Positions 1-11,688 are shown, counted from the whole stretch's first letter. The stretch is 59,166 nucleotides of DNA, filler included, from Sphacelaria rigidula (GCA_964200075.2; 10 parts of 10 records of this genome joined end to end with filler, not necessarily neighbours in it), one strand, 5' to 3'. Notes: generated from the sequence alone by a model not told the origin. A program made the numbers and translations.

Positions 1-533
1 ACCCCGCGTCTTCATCTATGGACAGTATTTCGTTTCGGTTTCCTCCAATCTCCTTCCATACTTTCTCGACTTCTTTGTCCCACCTTATTCCAGCCTGCCC
101 TTTCGTAATTTCTTCCATGCAGCCCTATCAACTATAGCTGGCAGTCTCTTTCTCTGCATGTTTTTTACGCTATATTGCCATCGCAATTTCCTCATATCTC
201 TGTTCGTTTCAAGTGAATGTATTCCCAACTTTGCTCTCAAAGCTGTAATACTCGTCGTTTTCGAGCATCCAAGTATTTCCTAAATCAGGATACATTTCTT
301 GATCCTAGTGTCTAGGCGCGGGTCTCTGAGGATTACCTCCAACCTGCCTATCTGTGCCTTACCCTTTTCTATAACTTTGTTTATATGTGCATCCCAAGAA
401 CAGTTTCTTGAGATCTCTGCGCCAAGGTATGCATACTGGTCTACGATCGGCGATTCCTCTTCTCCCCACTTTCATTTGAACTCTACCGGATTTTTCTCAT
501 CTTCGTTATAGACGAGTACCGCGCATTTGTTAA
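1..533 (-). mobile_element. Family A LINE fragment (post-RT part of ORF2), cut by the contig edge
   Basis: Reverse complement aligns by eye with 16440-17075 and 38560-39060 (e.g. aacaaatgcgcggtactcgt, atcgtagaccagtat, gggtaaggcacagataggcagg, gaggaaattgcgatggcaa). Confidence 0.9.
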
Positions 534-718
534 GGGGTTTTAATGCAGTCTACGATTAATCGAATCTAGTAATAATGCTTCCTCTGAGAGAACGAGCTTC
601 ACATGTTGACATATGTAGCTGAAGCATACGAAAGTGGCCTCTGTAAATCGTGGAAAATGGGTTTTTAAGTGTTGTACGCTCAAGTCGTCTGAGTACCGAC
701 TATACCACGGGGGAGGAG

Positions 719-752
719 GTGTTCTCATGATCTTGCATGCCGTAGTCATGAG
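719..752 (-). repeat. Family B retroposon 3' tip between G-runs
   Basis: Reverse complement ctcatgactacggcatgcaagatcatgagaacac matches the B tail at 8815-8849 and 48015-48047. Confidence 0.75.
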
Positions 753-2786
753 AGCGGCGGGGGAGGGGGGAGGGAGGGGGGGTCAAGTTTTGCAGGCCGT
801 GTCACTTAAATGGTTGAATGCAAGTCCTCAAGGGGACGGTGTTCGATAGAGCCGACGAGCTGTCAATGGGCAACCTTCTTTTTCCTACTTCGCGAGAGCA
901 CCTCATAGACGCTCTGCCTATCCTGCTCTCCTGCCACCCTCGCCCTCCCAACAATACAGAAGGGTAGCGAGGGGTACAAAATGGCAAAAAGTCTTTGATA
1001 CTGCTGCCTCTTCCCGAGGGCATTGTCGGCCTTATCTCGAACACCCCAACGGTATGTACCCTGAACTCTTCGACTGCGAGGTTGTCAATCCTCAGTGAGT
1101 TTATGGGTGCCGATGCCAACGTTTTTGACTTTATATCACTGTGCAACTATAGTTGGGTTTACGTGAAACACCTCCAAAAGTCTCTCGGCCAAACAAAGGC
1201 TTGATGTCTGGGTTGTTTAACCACACTATTACTTCACCGGTCTTCGTTGTTTTTCTTGGTCTTCAAGCCTACAACGATTGCTATCCTGGGCGGGGGAACT
1301 TGGTTGTCTCGCGATGTTCAGATGTCTCGGTCGTCCGAGATCGTTTCTGCCAGCTTTTGGAACGCGTTCTGGTGAGGACGACACCTGCAGCGACGGACGA
1401 CAGTTCAAGAGCGTTAGGCAGCGATGAGTCCTGGAAGAATGTGATGCTACTTCTCGAAGCAATCAATCCCCGATTGGTAATGGTTTTCAGCGATTTCAGA
1501 GCAGCTTTTGATTTGTACATTACCACATGCTATCTGCGTAAAACTTTAGGCACCGTGTAAGCTCCCGACAACCGTATCATTGTGTGGAAGCTTTGGCTGT
1601 CGGTATGTTGCGTGTTTGCCGTAGCGACTCTTGCATCGTAAATCTGTTTGTTTTTCCCTACGATAACAGATCGCTGAGATTTCCAAGGCCAGCAAACCGG
1701 TACCAGAGTCATACACACACGGCAACATGGCATGTAGATTGTAGACACGTGCCAAGCAGTATTCTGGTATTTTTTCGCTTATTCCAAGGGTTGGCACATT
1801 GGAGGAATGACGACATTATTGCTGTACGTTCCACACTTTAATTCAAACGCTTCTTGGAAATAATGATCGGATTGTGGATAATCATAACCGTTTGGCGGCC
1901 AGGGTGGTTCTTTCACCTGTTGAGTCGGCATCACTTTCATTTGCAACTTAGTTGGTTGCAAGAACTAGATGACCCCCTCTGGCGGTCAAACATTCAAGGT
2001 ACCTTTTTCACAATGTTAAACCTTCTTGTATTCGTTGCTTGATCATTTCCCCGCTCGCAGGTCGCGTAGGTTGCGGCGAAGGGAGAGATGTGTCATGACT
2101 ATCATCTATCCAGGCGAAAGAGTAGCGAAGTAGGCAATCTTTACGGGAAAATGGTACTATACACATGATGTTGGAGTGCAGCACAAGATTTTTTGCTAAG
2201 TTACGGTTGTTCTGCCAAACGAGACCCAGACGGCACGCTTCCCTTTGTTTTTGTAGCGACCGTCTTTACAGCTATGTACGCGCCGTGCTCTTTTGTACAC
2301 ACACCTATCGATTGAAGAGTCTTGATATTGAAAGTGGCTCAACCGGTGTGCTATTTTCAACATATATCCCCTACGGATGACTGCTTAGCGCTCGGGTGGA
2401 GTGTTTTCTTCACGATTGTATGTCTTCCATTGACCTCCATGGTAAACCCGTACTTAAAATATGGTTACTGTGGCGTAAATACCGAGTATTCCAGGGGATC
2501 AACGGGTAGGCCACGGAACCTGGGGTGCAACTTGAAAAAAGAAACTCAATATTATAGGGTACCTGATAGCGGTGACTGCCTAAAACACCGAGAGTCCTAA
2601 GGTGTTCAGGGATCAGCTGCCGAAAACACTGAGTCTTCAGAGTATCTGGGGGTACCAGCCATTTCAGTGTATGTGAAACAGTGAGCCATGCCGGTATCCT
2701 CCCTCCTCGTATCCGGCATTTCAATATTTTTGCTCACGTGCGCATAACTGCGCACGGCTGACGTGCGTTTCTCTTGATAATCACAC

Positions 2787-3039
2787 CTGATCTTCGTCGG
2801 ATTGGTCCTTGCGATAATAAAGGCTACGTTGTATGGCACCGCTGCCGCTACCGTCGCCTCCCTCTGGATTGCACGTGTGTTGGTCGCAATTGCCGGGGTT
2901 ATTGGAGTTGGTGGCAGTGTGACGCGTGGGGGCATACGCGTCCTCAGAACCTTTATCACAAGAAGCACCGTTGTTGCCAGCGGCGCACCCCTTGTCAGGG
3001 TATACATAGTCTTGTCGCTCGTAGTTACTTCCACGCCGC

Positions 3040-3112
<73 letters not shown>

Positions 3113-3234
3113 GCTGCTGCTCTTCTTGATGATGATGATGGCGACGACGTCTTTGTTGCTGAGGATATTGTTGTTGCTGAGGATATGGTTGTTGATGGTG
3201 ATATTGTTGCTGTAGCTGGTGATGTTTCTGTTGC

Positions 3235-3283
<49 letters not shown>

Positions 3284-3447
3284 GCTGCTGTTGATAGTGA
3301 TTGTCACACGCGCTCGTCGGTTCCCCTCCCAACTGAGAACCAGACCTGGATGGAGTTACCATAAACCGCCGGTAATGACGGCCATCGACAGAGAGAGAGA
3401 TGGAAACGGCGGGTTCCAGTGACACGGCACATTGGTAGTGTGCAGAG
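2787..3447 (-). CDS. Exon of a hypothetical polyglutamine/low-complexity protein (may instead end at the stop at 2781)
   Basis: Open Q frame (QQQYHHQQPYPQQQQYPQQQRRRRHHHHQEEQ). Acceptor tacttcag precedes 3447 and a possible donor cag|gtgtga follows 2787. Phase 2 matches the upstream exon ending at 3800. No recognisable domain. Confidence 0.5.
3040..3292. repeat. Two (CAA/TTG)n microsatellite tracts
   Basis: Directly visible ttg runs at about 3040-3118 and 3229-3292. Confidence 0.95.
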
Positions 3448-3799
3448 CTGAAGTACCAAATGGTAAAGTGTGTGGGAAGAAATGCGAAGTATGTAACATA
3501 TTGGTCATGGTGGATGGTTATGGTCTGCTACCTGCCTGCCGCGTGAAAACCCTGAAGACACGGCATCAGCGGTGGCGTTTCAACCCGTTCTCCCTACGAA
3601 ATGCCTGAATATTTATTGTTTTGTTGCGTTCTATGCGCCCGTCCCCTTCTCCAATTCAAGACATTCTCTAATGCCGGTTTCGACCGTTGAATGGTGAACT
3701 CTCTGCCCGGCTGCCATGGCAAGGCGGCACTATTTCAGGGAAAGTATTATCCTTCAACATTTCGTTGCTCTACGAATTAGGACGCACGCCGCTGCTCAC

Positions 3800-4236
3800 C
3801 GACCGCAGCTCGTGTCTTGTTCCACGAAACCACCACAACCATTGTATCCGTTTTTGTCCTTGCCCCATCTGCGACGCACCGACCAATCGCCACCGTCAAA
3901 TCGATCACTCTCGCCGGCGATGTGCCGACCGGCAATGCTGTTACCAATTCCATCGACCCGACACCCCGACGAAGGCGCCACCGCATACGACGAATACGTC
4001 TGGTGGGATTGCTGACGCTTGACTTCAGGAGAAAAGTAAGGACCGGCATCATTCATGTGTGCGGATACTGCACTGATTTTGCGCCAGCAGGGCGAAGACG
4101 TTTGGGTCGGGTCACGGTATAGGTCGGGAGAGTGGTCGAGCTGGATAGGTTCGCGTCTTGCCGTGCTTCCTGTTGGAGACGAAAGAGCGTCCACTTCTTT
4201 GGCAGAGCAATACCGACGGACGTGTGCACCGTACAT
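3800..4236 (-). CDS. Upstream exon of the same hypothetical polyQ protein; 5' boundary uncertain (ATG 4236 or acceptor at 4169)
   Basis: ORF 3796-4236 ends at donor cg|gtgagc (phase 2), which joins in frame to the exon starting at 3447 across a 352-nt intron. Confidence 0.4.
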
Positions 4237-5507
4237 CGACGCGGTTCATCAGTTGAGTGGACTCTAGGTGGGTCACTGTAAATCTGTGGAAAATTACTGC
4301 CATGGTGGAACACTGTGCATAAGTCAGGGGTCGGGGACCCCGTAATACATAACATGTGATCACTGGGAGTGGTGATCGCATTCGGAGACGAGCTGCGCAG
4401 CTACAGAGTCGGGACTACCGATGTCACACACGAGTCGGCGGTGTTGTGAAATGAAGTCCGGTCTCCATGAGCTCAAACACATACCCTGGGAAAGACAGCT
4501 TTTTTACCTTTGGTGAATGGTTGTCGTTTGAAGGGTCGATCGACTTTATTCCGGTGGGTTTCCTTGGCTTTGGAAAACTCACTGAATGTTGGGATACCAT
4601 AATAAGCACGGAGCTATCAGTCAGCGCTGACTTGATTGATTGATTGATTGATTGATTATCTCACATTGAATTATAACTCTGTGGTAGTTGTTGTGAAAAT
4701 CAACGCTGCAGCCCTTACTTCCGAACTATTTTATCCTTTTTGTGGGCAGCAGTAATCCAGGAATTCCAAAGAGCGAGTCGTGAGCATAATGTAGTACGAA
4801 GTGAGACTTATTCGAGCATTGATGTTTGAGCAACATATTCGCTCCCAACGCCCTTCTCCTTCGAGTATTGCGGCTAAATTCTTGAAGTAACTCGAATCCA
4901 CCAACCACGCAGGAGATGGGGTGGTGAGGGATTAAATCCATCCGAATGACTTGAAAAACGCATGCAAAATTTCTGCAGCTCACCATTCGGAACACAGCGC
5001 ACACTACTTCATCACCTGGGACTGTAGCGCGCGTCTCCAACCACTCAACATCGTCCCGCGCCGATCTTCCCCGTTCGGCTTCCGCATGAAATTCTTCTGC
5101 GTTTTCATACCTTCTGACATGTCCCGCCTCCTGAATGTGTTTATGGCGCGCAAGTCGCCCGGCGATTAGTTGGGGGTGATGCATAACGAAACGTTAGCCC
5201 TCTGCAAAATCCGTTCCCGCGGTTTGAAAGCTACCGACTGTGTGCATTATGCTCCCTTGGGAAATAGGCTGAGCATATCCCTCAAGTGCTTCGACGGCAG
5301 CTGTATGCTCGTAGCTCAGTTCGATGTATCCGCCGTTGCGTGCCGTCGCCTTCGATATCGTCGAGTGTTATGCACTACTCTTGATTTGTTTCGCCTCATA
5401 TATATGATGAATAGTGCAGAATCATAGTTCAAAAACCCTGGGTCATGCAGTATCATAAATCTGACTTTTCATTTTATCAGGGACATATGTAAAGATCTAT
5501 CGTGCGA

Positions 5508-5585
5508 CCGCGCCCCGGGTGTCTAGTGGTACAACGGCTCACATCAGGAGGTCGGAAGAACGCGAGTTCCATTTTCAGCAAATGC
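5508..5585 (+). mobile_element. Possible tRNA-derived SINE head
   Basis: A-box-like tgtctagtggta and degenerate B-box gagttccattttc at plausible spacing; no cloverleaf. Confidence 0.35.
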
Positions 5586-5784
5586 GGTTTTTCCTCCCAC
5601 TGAAAAGTATCTGACTTCTGTCGTTCAAAACGTGATGACGTGAGTAGCGAACATAACTTGTTTGACGAGAGTCAATGTGATGTGGCAGTGCTAATCCAAT
5701 CTGCGATATCAAGGCGTGTACGAGAGAGATGGGTTGATCCCTTGAGGTTATGGGGTTGTCCCGAGGAGGGGGGGAGGGAGGGGA

Positions 5785-5827
5785 TGTACTCATGATCATG
5801 CATGCCATAGTCATTAGACCATTGACC
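5785..5827 (-). repeat. Family B retroposon 3' tip at the contig end
   Basis: Reverse complement ggtcaatggtctaatgactatggcatgcatgatcatgagtaca, followed by a C-rich tract in element sense. Confidence 0.85.
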
Positions 5828-5927
5828 NNNNNNNNNNNNNNNNNNNNNNNNNNNNNNNNNNNNNNNNNNNNTTAATTAATTAANNNNNNNNNNNNNNNNN
5901 NNNNNNNNNNNNNNNNNNNNNNNNNNN
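5828..5927. other. Artificial 100-bp contig spacer N44-TTAATTAATTAA-N44 (also 11755-11854, 17682-17781, 23609-23708, 29536-29635, 35463-35562, 41389-41488, 47315-47414, 53241-53340)
   Basis: Nine identical spacers; the 12-mer gives stops in all six frames. Confidence 0.98.
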
Positions 5928-6744
5928 GTGCCGACCGAGGACCTCCAAAAAGTAACCTGTAGTTCATTCGGGCAGTACACTCGCTGCCGCCGTTCTCCGA
6001 ACAGCTGTGGTAGTCGCGTATGAGGGTGCCTGGGGTTGTTTTTTTGTTATTGAGTTGAACCCGAACATGGTGGCCGTGCTAATCTCCTTGTGTCACCTGT
6101 CTTTTCCTTTTTTGTCTTTTATTATCTTCTCTCTTCCTTTCTTTCGGTGTACATTTTTGACAGATCTGGCGTTTGTTGTTTATGTGTTTGTTTGTTTTTC
6201 CTTTTTTTTTCTCTTCCCGTTGAACTCGGGGGAGCTATTTCTCACCGGTTCTCGTGGCGTCTCTTTTCTAATTCTTATTTTTGGCAATGTGTCTTGTCAG
6301 GAATAGCAGGAAACGGATCGGAAAGGCGAGCCTACGTCTGTGACCACGGCTTCGCGAGATCGGACTAATGTGCGGAAATAATAAAAGAATAACAATTTTC
6401 GCATAACTTGGCGCATATGGTACGCTAACGGGATTATGCACCCCATGCCCAGCAGCTAGTAGCTGCCCACGGGTGCTCCATGTGGCGTGGTTCGTGGAGT
6501 CGTGGCGTTTGTGTTCGTATTTTCTTTTTTTCAACGTCGTTGCTGGTCTGATATCGGTTATGGTCCTGTACGTGAGTTACTTTATCTTTATGTGAAGCTG
6601 ATGGAAACAAAATGCGTCATATTTCACATCAAACAGCGGCTCCCGCCACAACGTCACACACCAAACAATCCAATCGAGAACTGTACAGCGCACAGCGCAC
6701 AGCGCACAGTGCACCTACAGTACAGCAGTGAGCACTACACTACT

Positions 6745-6777
6745 ATGGCAGAGCAAGAAGAGGTCGTGCTGACCGAG
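6745..6777 (+). CDS. Probable first coding exon of an unknown gene (MAEQEEVVLTE)
   Basis: ATG in actATGg context after a (cagcgca)n leader; donor gag|gtgcgg, phase 0. Confidence 0.5.
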
Positions 6778-8549
6778 GTGCGGGATTCCGCGCCCCAACA
6801 GCGCGACGCGAAGGAGACACCGCTGAGGAGCAGAGAGCGAGAGAAGAAGCGCAGAGTTCTTCCATCTTCTTTTTTTCTGTTTTTTTCTGTTGTTGTTTTT
6901 TATGGCCTTCAAAACCAATGGACGGAGAAAAAACGGGCGATCCCATTTTCCAAGCAATCGTGGAAACCCAAAATGTTCAACGTGCCGTCTTGTTTTCTTG
7001 CTGGAAGGTACGTTCCATGGGCGGTGCCGCCAGGAACCCGCCAGGAACCGCCTCAAAAAAGACGTGAAAAACGCGCATATGTCGCGCATGTTTCACCAAA
7101 ATACGCATAAATTGGCGCATAATGTTTAACGTTTGCTTTTGAACATGAAAAAAAAATGGAAAAGCGCGCATAAAAGAAGAAAAAAAAACGCACGTGAAGA
7201 GCGAAAACCTAATATCAATGGTTACATATATCAGGTAAAAGCAAAAAATGGAACTCTTTTGGGTAGATTATTTTGGGGAAAGTGAAAGTACGACTTCTTC
7301 CGGCCATGTTCCCTGTTTCGTTATCCCGGGCATGAATAGAGTTGGCCGTCACGTGTTATTGTGCCGTCTTGTACGTAAAGATCACTGTATGGTAACCTCT
7401 GTATCGACGAGAACAGCACACGGGATAATAAGACGACCACCAAAAGACGACCCTCCGATGACATGAGGGTATATAGTCGACATGGGTACGTTCTCCGGGC
7501 TTGAAAAGCCCGTGCACGGTCTACAACGAGGGGATTCTACGTCGCCATGCCGGCGATTGCTTGTTCCGAAACGAAAACACGCAAGATATCCTCGAAGTTG
7601 AAAGCATTCGAGCTGATCTGACTCACTCGAAAGAAAGTGAGCAGCTTTGAGCAGGAGTACGACTGCTAGCCATGTGTGACCGTATCTTTTTCACCTCTAC
7701 AGCACCAGGGCCTTAGCTGTCGATAACGCGCGACCCGGGGGTTGTAATACCTTCTCCTCGGGAGCAAATATTGATGACATTCGAGGCATTGCGTTTTGAG
7801 AACATGAGACGGCATTATTGAGTGGCTCCGCGGACGAACGTGCTATGGCTGCTCCACGGAAGGGTATTCATGTCGTCCTAGGAGGGTAAGACAATAGAGC
7901 TCATCACGCTATTTAGAGGGTGCTATCCTGTGTCATGGCAGTCACCCCAACACTTGTGACATTGTTCATCTACGTAGATTACCAGTGTTCCCACAACGTT
8001 ATTCGGCGCGCCAACCTTTGCGACTTCTCGCGTACGGGCATTATGCTGTGTGCTGTATGCTCCGCGGTCAGGGTATATATTCACTGAAATGCGTCAAGCG
8101 ATTGCGGCTAAAACCGAAAACCGGGTCTGATAGGTCCAAGTCGACTACGCTCTTGTTTCTTGATTTTCTTTTCTTAGATTCTTCACCAAAAGGTTCGGCG
8201 TGAGTGTAGGCGACGGGATCATGCTTTGGAATGCCGAGCACGCGTTCCCGACGGCGGAACGTCACAGTTTGTCAGGCTTTTTCCCTGATCGAGATGCCAT
8301 TTTGTTAGCCATATTTTCGCTACATGAAGCTACGCTTTTCGATTTCGATCGCCCGACACTTCCAGAGGTAGCCACGGTTCATGGCAGTGCAAGGTACTCT
8401 TCCCCAGTGGAGTTGGTGTGTTGTTGGGCAAGCATGATATTAGTTGGTTAGTTGAGAGTTACGGCCCGGGCTCTCGGGCGCTGCATTAGGCAGTGAGTAT
8501 CTCATGATCAACGTGTGAATAACGTTGACATGGGGGAATGCGATTCACC

Positions 8550-8849
8550 GTTGGTCGATGCCCATGAGGCGGTGTGTAAGGCGTGACTGTCTCCGGAAGT
8601 GGCAATACCAGAAAACAAAGCAACTCAGCGTAGGCTGTCATCTATACGCAAAATAGCCAGTACGCTTCGGGCCGAGCAATCTTAGCAGGATGCAGCTCAC
8701 TCTTCGTGCGACTGGCCGAACACACCATGGCGCTTCCCGCTTGGTGCTTGAGTGCGAGCCTGGTCCGGCGAAAACCCGGCTCCGTCCCGGCTTAGTAGGG
8801 ATGCGAGGTCAATGGTCTTATGGCTATGGCATGCATGATCATGAGTACA
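8550..8849 (+). mobile_element. Family B retroposon 3' region (may extend upstream to about 7500 as decayed coding sequence)
   Basis: About 300 bp colinear with 11395-11688; ends atgagtacac plus a C-tract. Confidence 0.8.
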
Positions 8850-9044
8850 CCCCCTCCCTCTACTCCTCGAGACGAGTGCGTAGTCTAAAGAGATCAATCA
8901 ATTTCCCCCCCGGTACTTGAATTGTCGAACAGAGGGCGGTGAATGCCATTAGTCGGGCGTTCCGTTGACTTTCACAGATAGGTTCTCAGTGTCTCTGGTG
9001 CTGATATTTTCGGACGGCGGAATTCCCCCCCCCCCCAAAAAAAG

Positions 9045-9125
9045 CGCTCGACTGTCGGAATTCGAACTCGCGAACGAATGTCTGATTATTTATACACAGT
9101 CAGTAACGGTTTGACCGCTCGGTGG
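9045..9125 (-). mobile_element. Possible tRNA-derived SINE head
   Basis: Reverse complement has a B-box gagttcgaattcc and an upstream A-box-like gagcggtc; no acceptor stem. Confidence 0.4.
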
Positions 9126-10313
9126 TGTGGTATAACGACAACCTACTGTATTTACCGTCTTGCACGCTTGAGTATGCAAGTGGACTTTTAACCGACCCAT
9201 GGCTGAAAAAAGAACGGATACCACGGGTCCCCTGTGTTCTGTGTTTGTATCGAACCGTTACCGAATCCCCTTCATCTGAACACCCCACGTTAGGCAGAGA
9301 CCGAAACCTCGCAGTTACGAGGCGTCTTTCTAAGGGGGTGCTCTCTGCGTGCGCTGGAAGGACCCCCTCCAAAAAGCGAGCGAGATAGCGGACGAATCTC
9401 CTATATTGCAAAACAAAATCCGAATCTGTGCAATCCACGCTTGCACCAAGTGAGGTGTACTATTTTCGAGGACGCATTGCATTTAAGGCCCGCTATATCA
9501 TGTGCGCGCTATATATTAGACCCGTTTTACCAAGTTTTGTTTGTTGTTCTGTGCTGGCGAGCGACTTATGTCGTACGAGCTTTCATCGTGACGCCAAACC
9601 TATTCGACCCCTGACTCGGCCGTTAGCTTTGGGAGGGGGTGGGTCCGACTGAGAGGTTGATATCCTGAACTTCTGCCGGCTGCCTAGGCCTCCGTCCTCG
9701 GCGGCATCGATCTTAAATGTTTTGTAACTCTGGCGATCAGTCTTCGTTTTGACAAGTTCCTGGGGGTGAGAAGGGGGGGGGGGGGTATCAGTGGGTTCAT
9801 GCTGAGTTCCGGGCGGGTCTCTTCGCCAAATATCCATACGAGTAAATTGTGTCTAAAACGCCGAGACAAGCAATTGGATATAATTGTTTTTCTGGCTGGT
9901 TAATTGATTGATTGATGCTGGCGCATTGCATCCCCTGCGAGTTACAATCCACTCGTGGTCATTATCCACAAGATTGACGTACGTAAGGTCAACAAAACGG
10001 GAAAATAAAATTGCCAAAATAGAATGCTCGTGTAAAACAAACGTGAAAAAAAGAAAAGGGGAAAAAAAGGGGGTTCAACGGGATAGTCCCAGATTTTCAT
10101 CCAGCCAGTCATCAAGTGAGTTCGTAAAACAAAATGCTGTTAAGCGTGCAGAAACAACACGTTGATCAACGTTGAAAAGTACCTTCATTTGTTTCACACC
10201 CCTCGCGTCTCTGTCCGGTTGTCGCAACGAACACGACGTGAGTTCAAGTCATTTTCCCCAATTTTGTTTCATAATGTGCACTGTGTCACCCTCCCCCCCC
10301 CTCCCCCCCCCCC

Positions 10314-10440
10314 ACGGTGCTCCGTCTCGAAAGGGATGCGTGGTCAATGGTCAAACGATTAAGGCAAGCAACAAATGAACACGCCCCCCTCCCTTCCCCC
10401 CAGATGGTCAAACGACAAAGGCAAGAAACAAATGAGCACG
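10314..10440 (+). repeat. Two tandem family A LINE 3' tips (10314-10383, 10404-10440) embedded in poly(C)
   Basis: Match to the LINE ends at 17615-17681 and 39628-39698; C-runs before, between and after. Confidence 0.9.
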
Positions 10441-10475
10441 CCCCCCCCCCTCCTCCCCCTCCCCCACCCCAAAAG

Positions 10476-10604
10476 GTGAACACAGGTATGACAGTGGACA
10501 AGCTTACCTTCGTCACGACGCGGCAGCACCTCCGAAGGCAAGACGAACCTTACTATCGCCTATCTTCGTCGCAACTGCACGAGCTCCTGAGCGAGTATGA
10601 ACAG
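10476..10604 (+). CDS. Probable internal exon of an unknown gene (VNTGMTVDKLTFVTTRQHLRRQDEPYYRLSSSQLHELLSEYEQ)
   Basis: Pyrimidine tract plus aaag acceptor, donor cag|gtgcga, 129 nt, phase 0-0, compatible with exon 6745-6777 on the same contig. Confidence 0.55.
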
Positions 10605-11124
10605 GTGCGATAATATATATATATATATATTGTTGATCGTGAAGATACCACAGGTAGTATAACCTTAGCGCCGTCGCATTATTAAGTTAAGGGCTAATAT
10701 ATCGTCAGAAATCGCGTCTTCTTCAGAGCATGGTTCATCCGAGTGAACACGGTGTCTCAGTCGCTCCACGACTGACGCGATATATTGAGACACCGGTAAC
10801 GATATGCGGATGCTTTGTGCGTTTCAGCCGCACAAGCAAGGGCTACCTGCGCAAGATGCTGTAGTTCATGTCGTTCGTTCCTCTTCCCAAGCTGGTGTGG
10901 TACTGTCGTCATGAAGATTTCGCAGCGCTCAAGCCCTGCTTACAGCCCTTTATTCGATGTTTTCAGTCACAAAAATGAAAATAAAGTGTTTGTCAGAAGG
11001 CCCCCATTTCTCGCCGTGGGTGACGACGTATAGCCACACAGGTCAACGTATAATTTCTCACACCCACGCATTTCCGTTTCCTTCTTCTCTCTCTCTCTCC
11101 TTCTCTCTCCCCCCCCCCCTCCCC

Positions 11125-11280
11125 AGCCTGGTCCGGCGAGAACCCGGCGTGCTCCGCCCCGGCTTTGCAGGGACGGACCCCCTATGGTATTGGCGTCGGT
11201 TGGCAATGACGCTGTAAAACACGCCACGCACTGCGTGAGCTGGGCAACCACGTTACTGATTTTGTTTTGCGCGCTTGCGT
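11125..11280 (+). repeat. Family C dispersed repeat
   Basis: Colinear with the reverse complement of 29636-29790; both copies start agcctggtccggcgagaacccggcgtgctccg next to a C-run. Confidence 0.85.
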
Positions 11281-11394
11281 TCTTTTAGCGGGAACCATGA
11301 TGGTAGTCGAACTAGATCAGGTTGTGCGACGTGGGAGAACCTGAACTCCGCACGGTGGGGATGATCGTACTACGTAGTGTTTACATGGTGAGAC

Positions 11395-11688
11395 ACCCAT
11401 GAGGCAGTGTGCAAGCCATGGCTGTCTCTGGAAGTGGCAATACCCCAGAATAAAGCAACTCATTGTTGGCTGTCATCCATATGCAAGATAATCGGTAGGC
11501 TTTAGGCCGAACAATCTCAGCAGGATGCAGCTCACCCTTCATGCGACTCGCCCAACACATCACGGCGCTTCTCGCTCGGTGATTGATTGCGAGTCTGGTC
11601 CGGCGAGAACCCGGCGTGCTCCATCTCAGCGTTGTAGGGATGCGAGGTCAATGGTCTTATGATTACAGCGTGTCAGATCATGAGTACA
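11395..11688 (+). mobile_element. Family B retroposon 3' region
   Basis: Colinear with 8550-8849; ends tgagtaca plus C7. Confidence 0.8.

Noticed and set aside
802..2724. Short ORFs downstream of the polyQ exon as further exons
   Set aside because: No recognisable motifs, frequent stops and no convincing phase-compatible splice chain.
2774..3422. PolyV, polyL and polyN ORFs
   Set aside because: These are alternative frames of the same CAA/TTG microsatellite.
4726..5427. 152-aa and neighbouring ORFs
   Set aside because: No family motif or clear splice signals; cannot be supported.
5872..5883. Periodic TTAATTAATTAA as a biological motif
   Set aside because: Always centred in N-runs; it is an assembly linker.
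6301..6368. Possible terminal exon after tgtcttgtcag
   Set aside because: The acceptor looks plausible, but neither the frame nor the product can be determined.
9045..9125. Functional tRNA genes (also 5508 and 50300)
   Set aside because: Only A/B-box-like motifs; no acceptor or anticodon stems.
11236..11250. HDV-ribozyme-like GCTGGGCAAC in family C
   Set aside because: Not conserved in the second copy (gctaagcaac), and I could not build the pseudoknot. I also saw no hammerhead core in families A, B or C.
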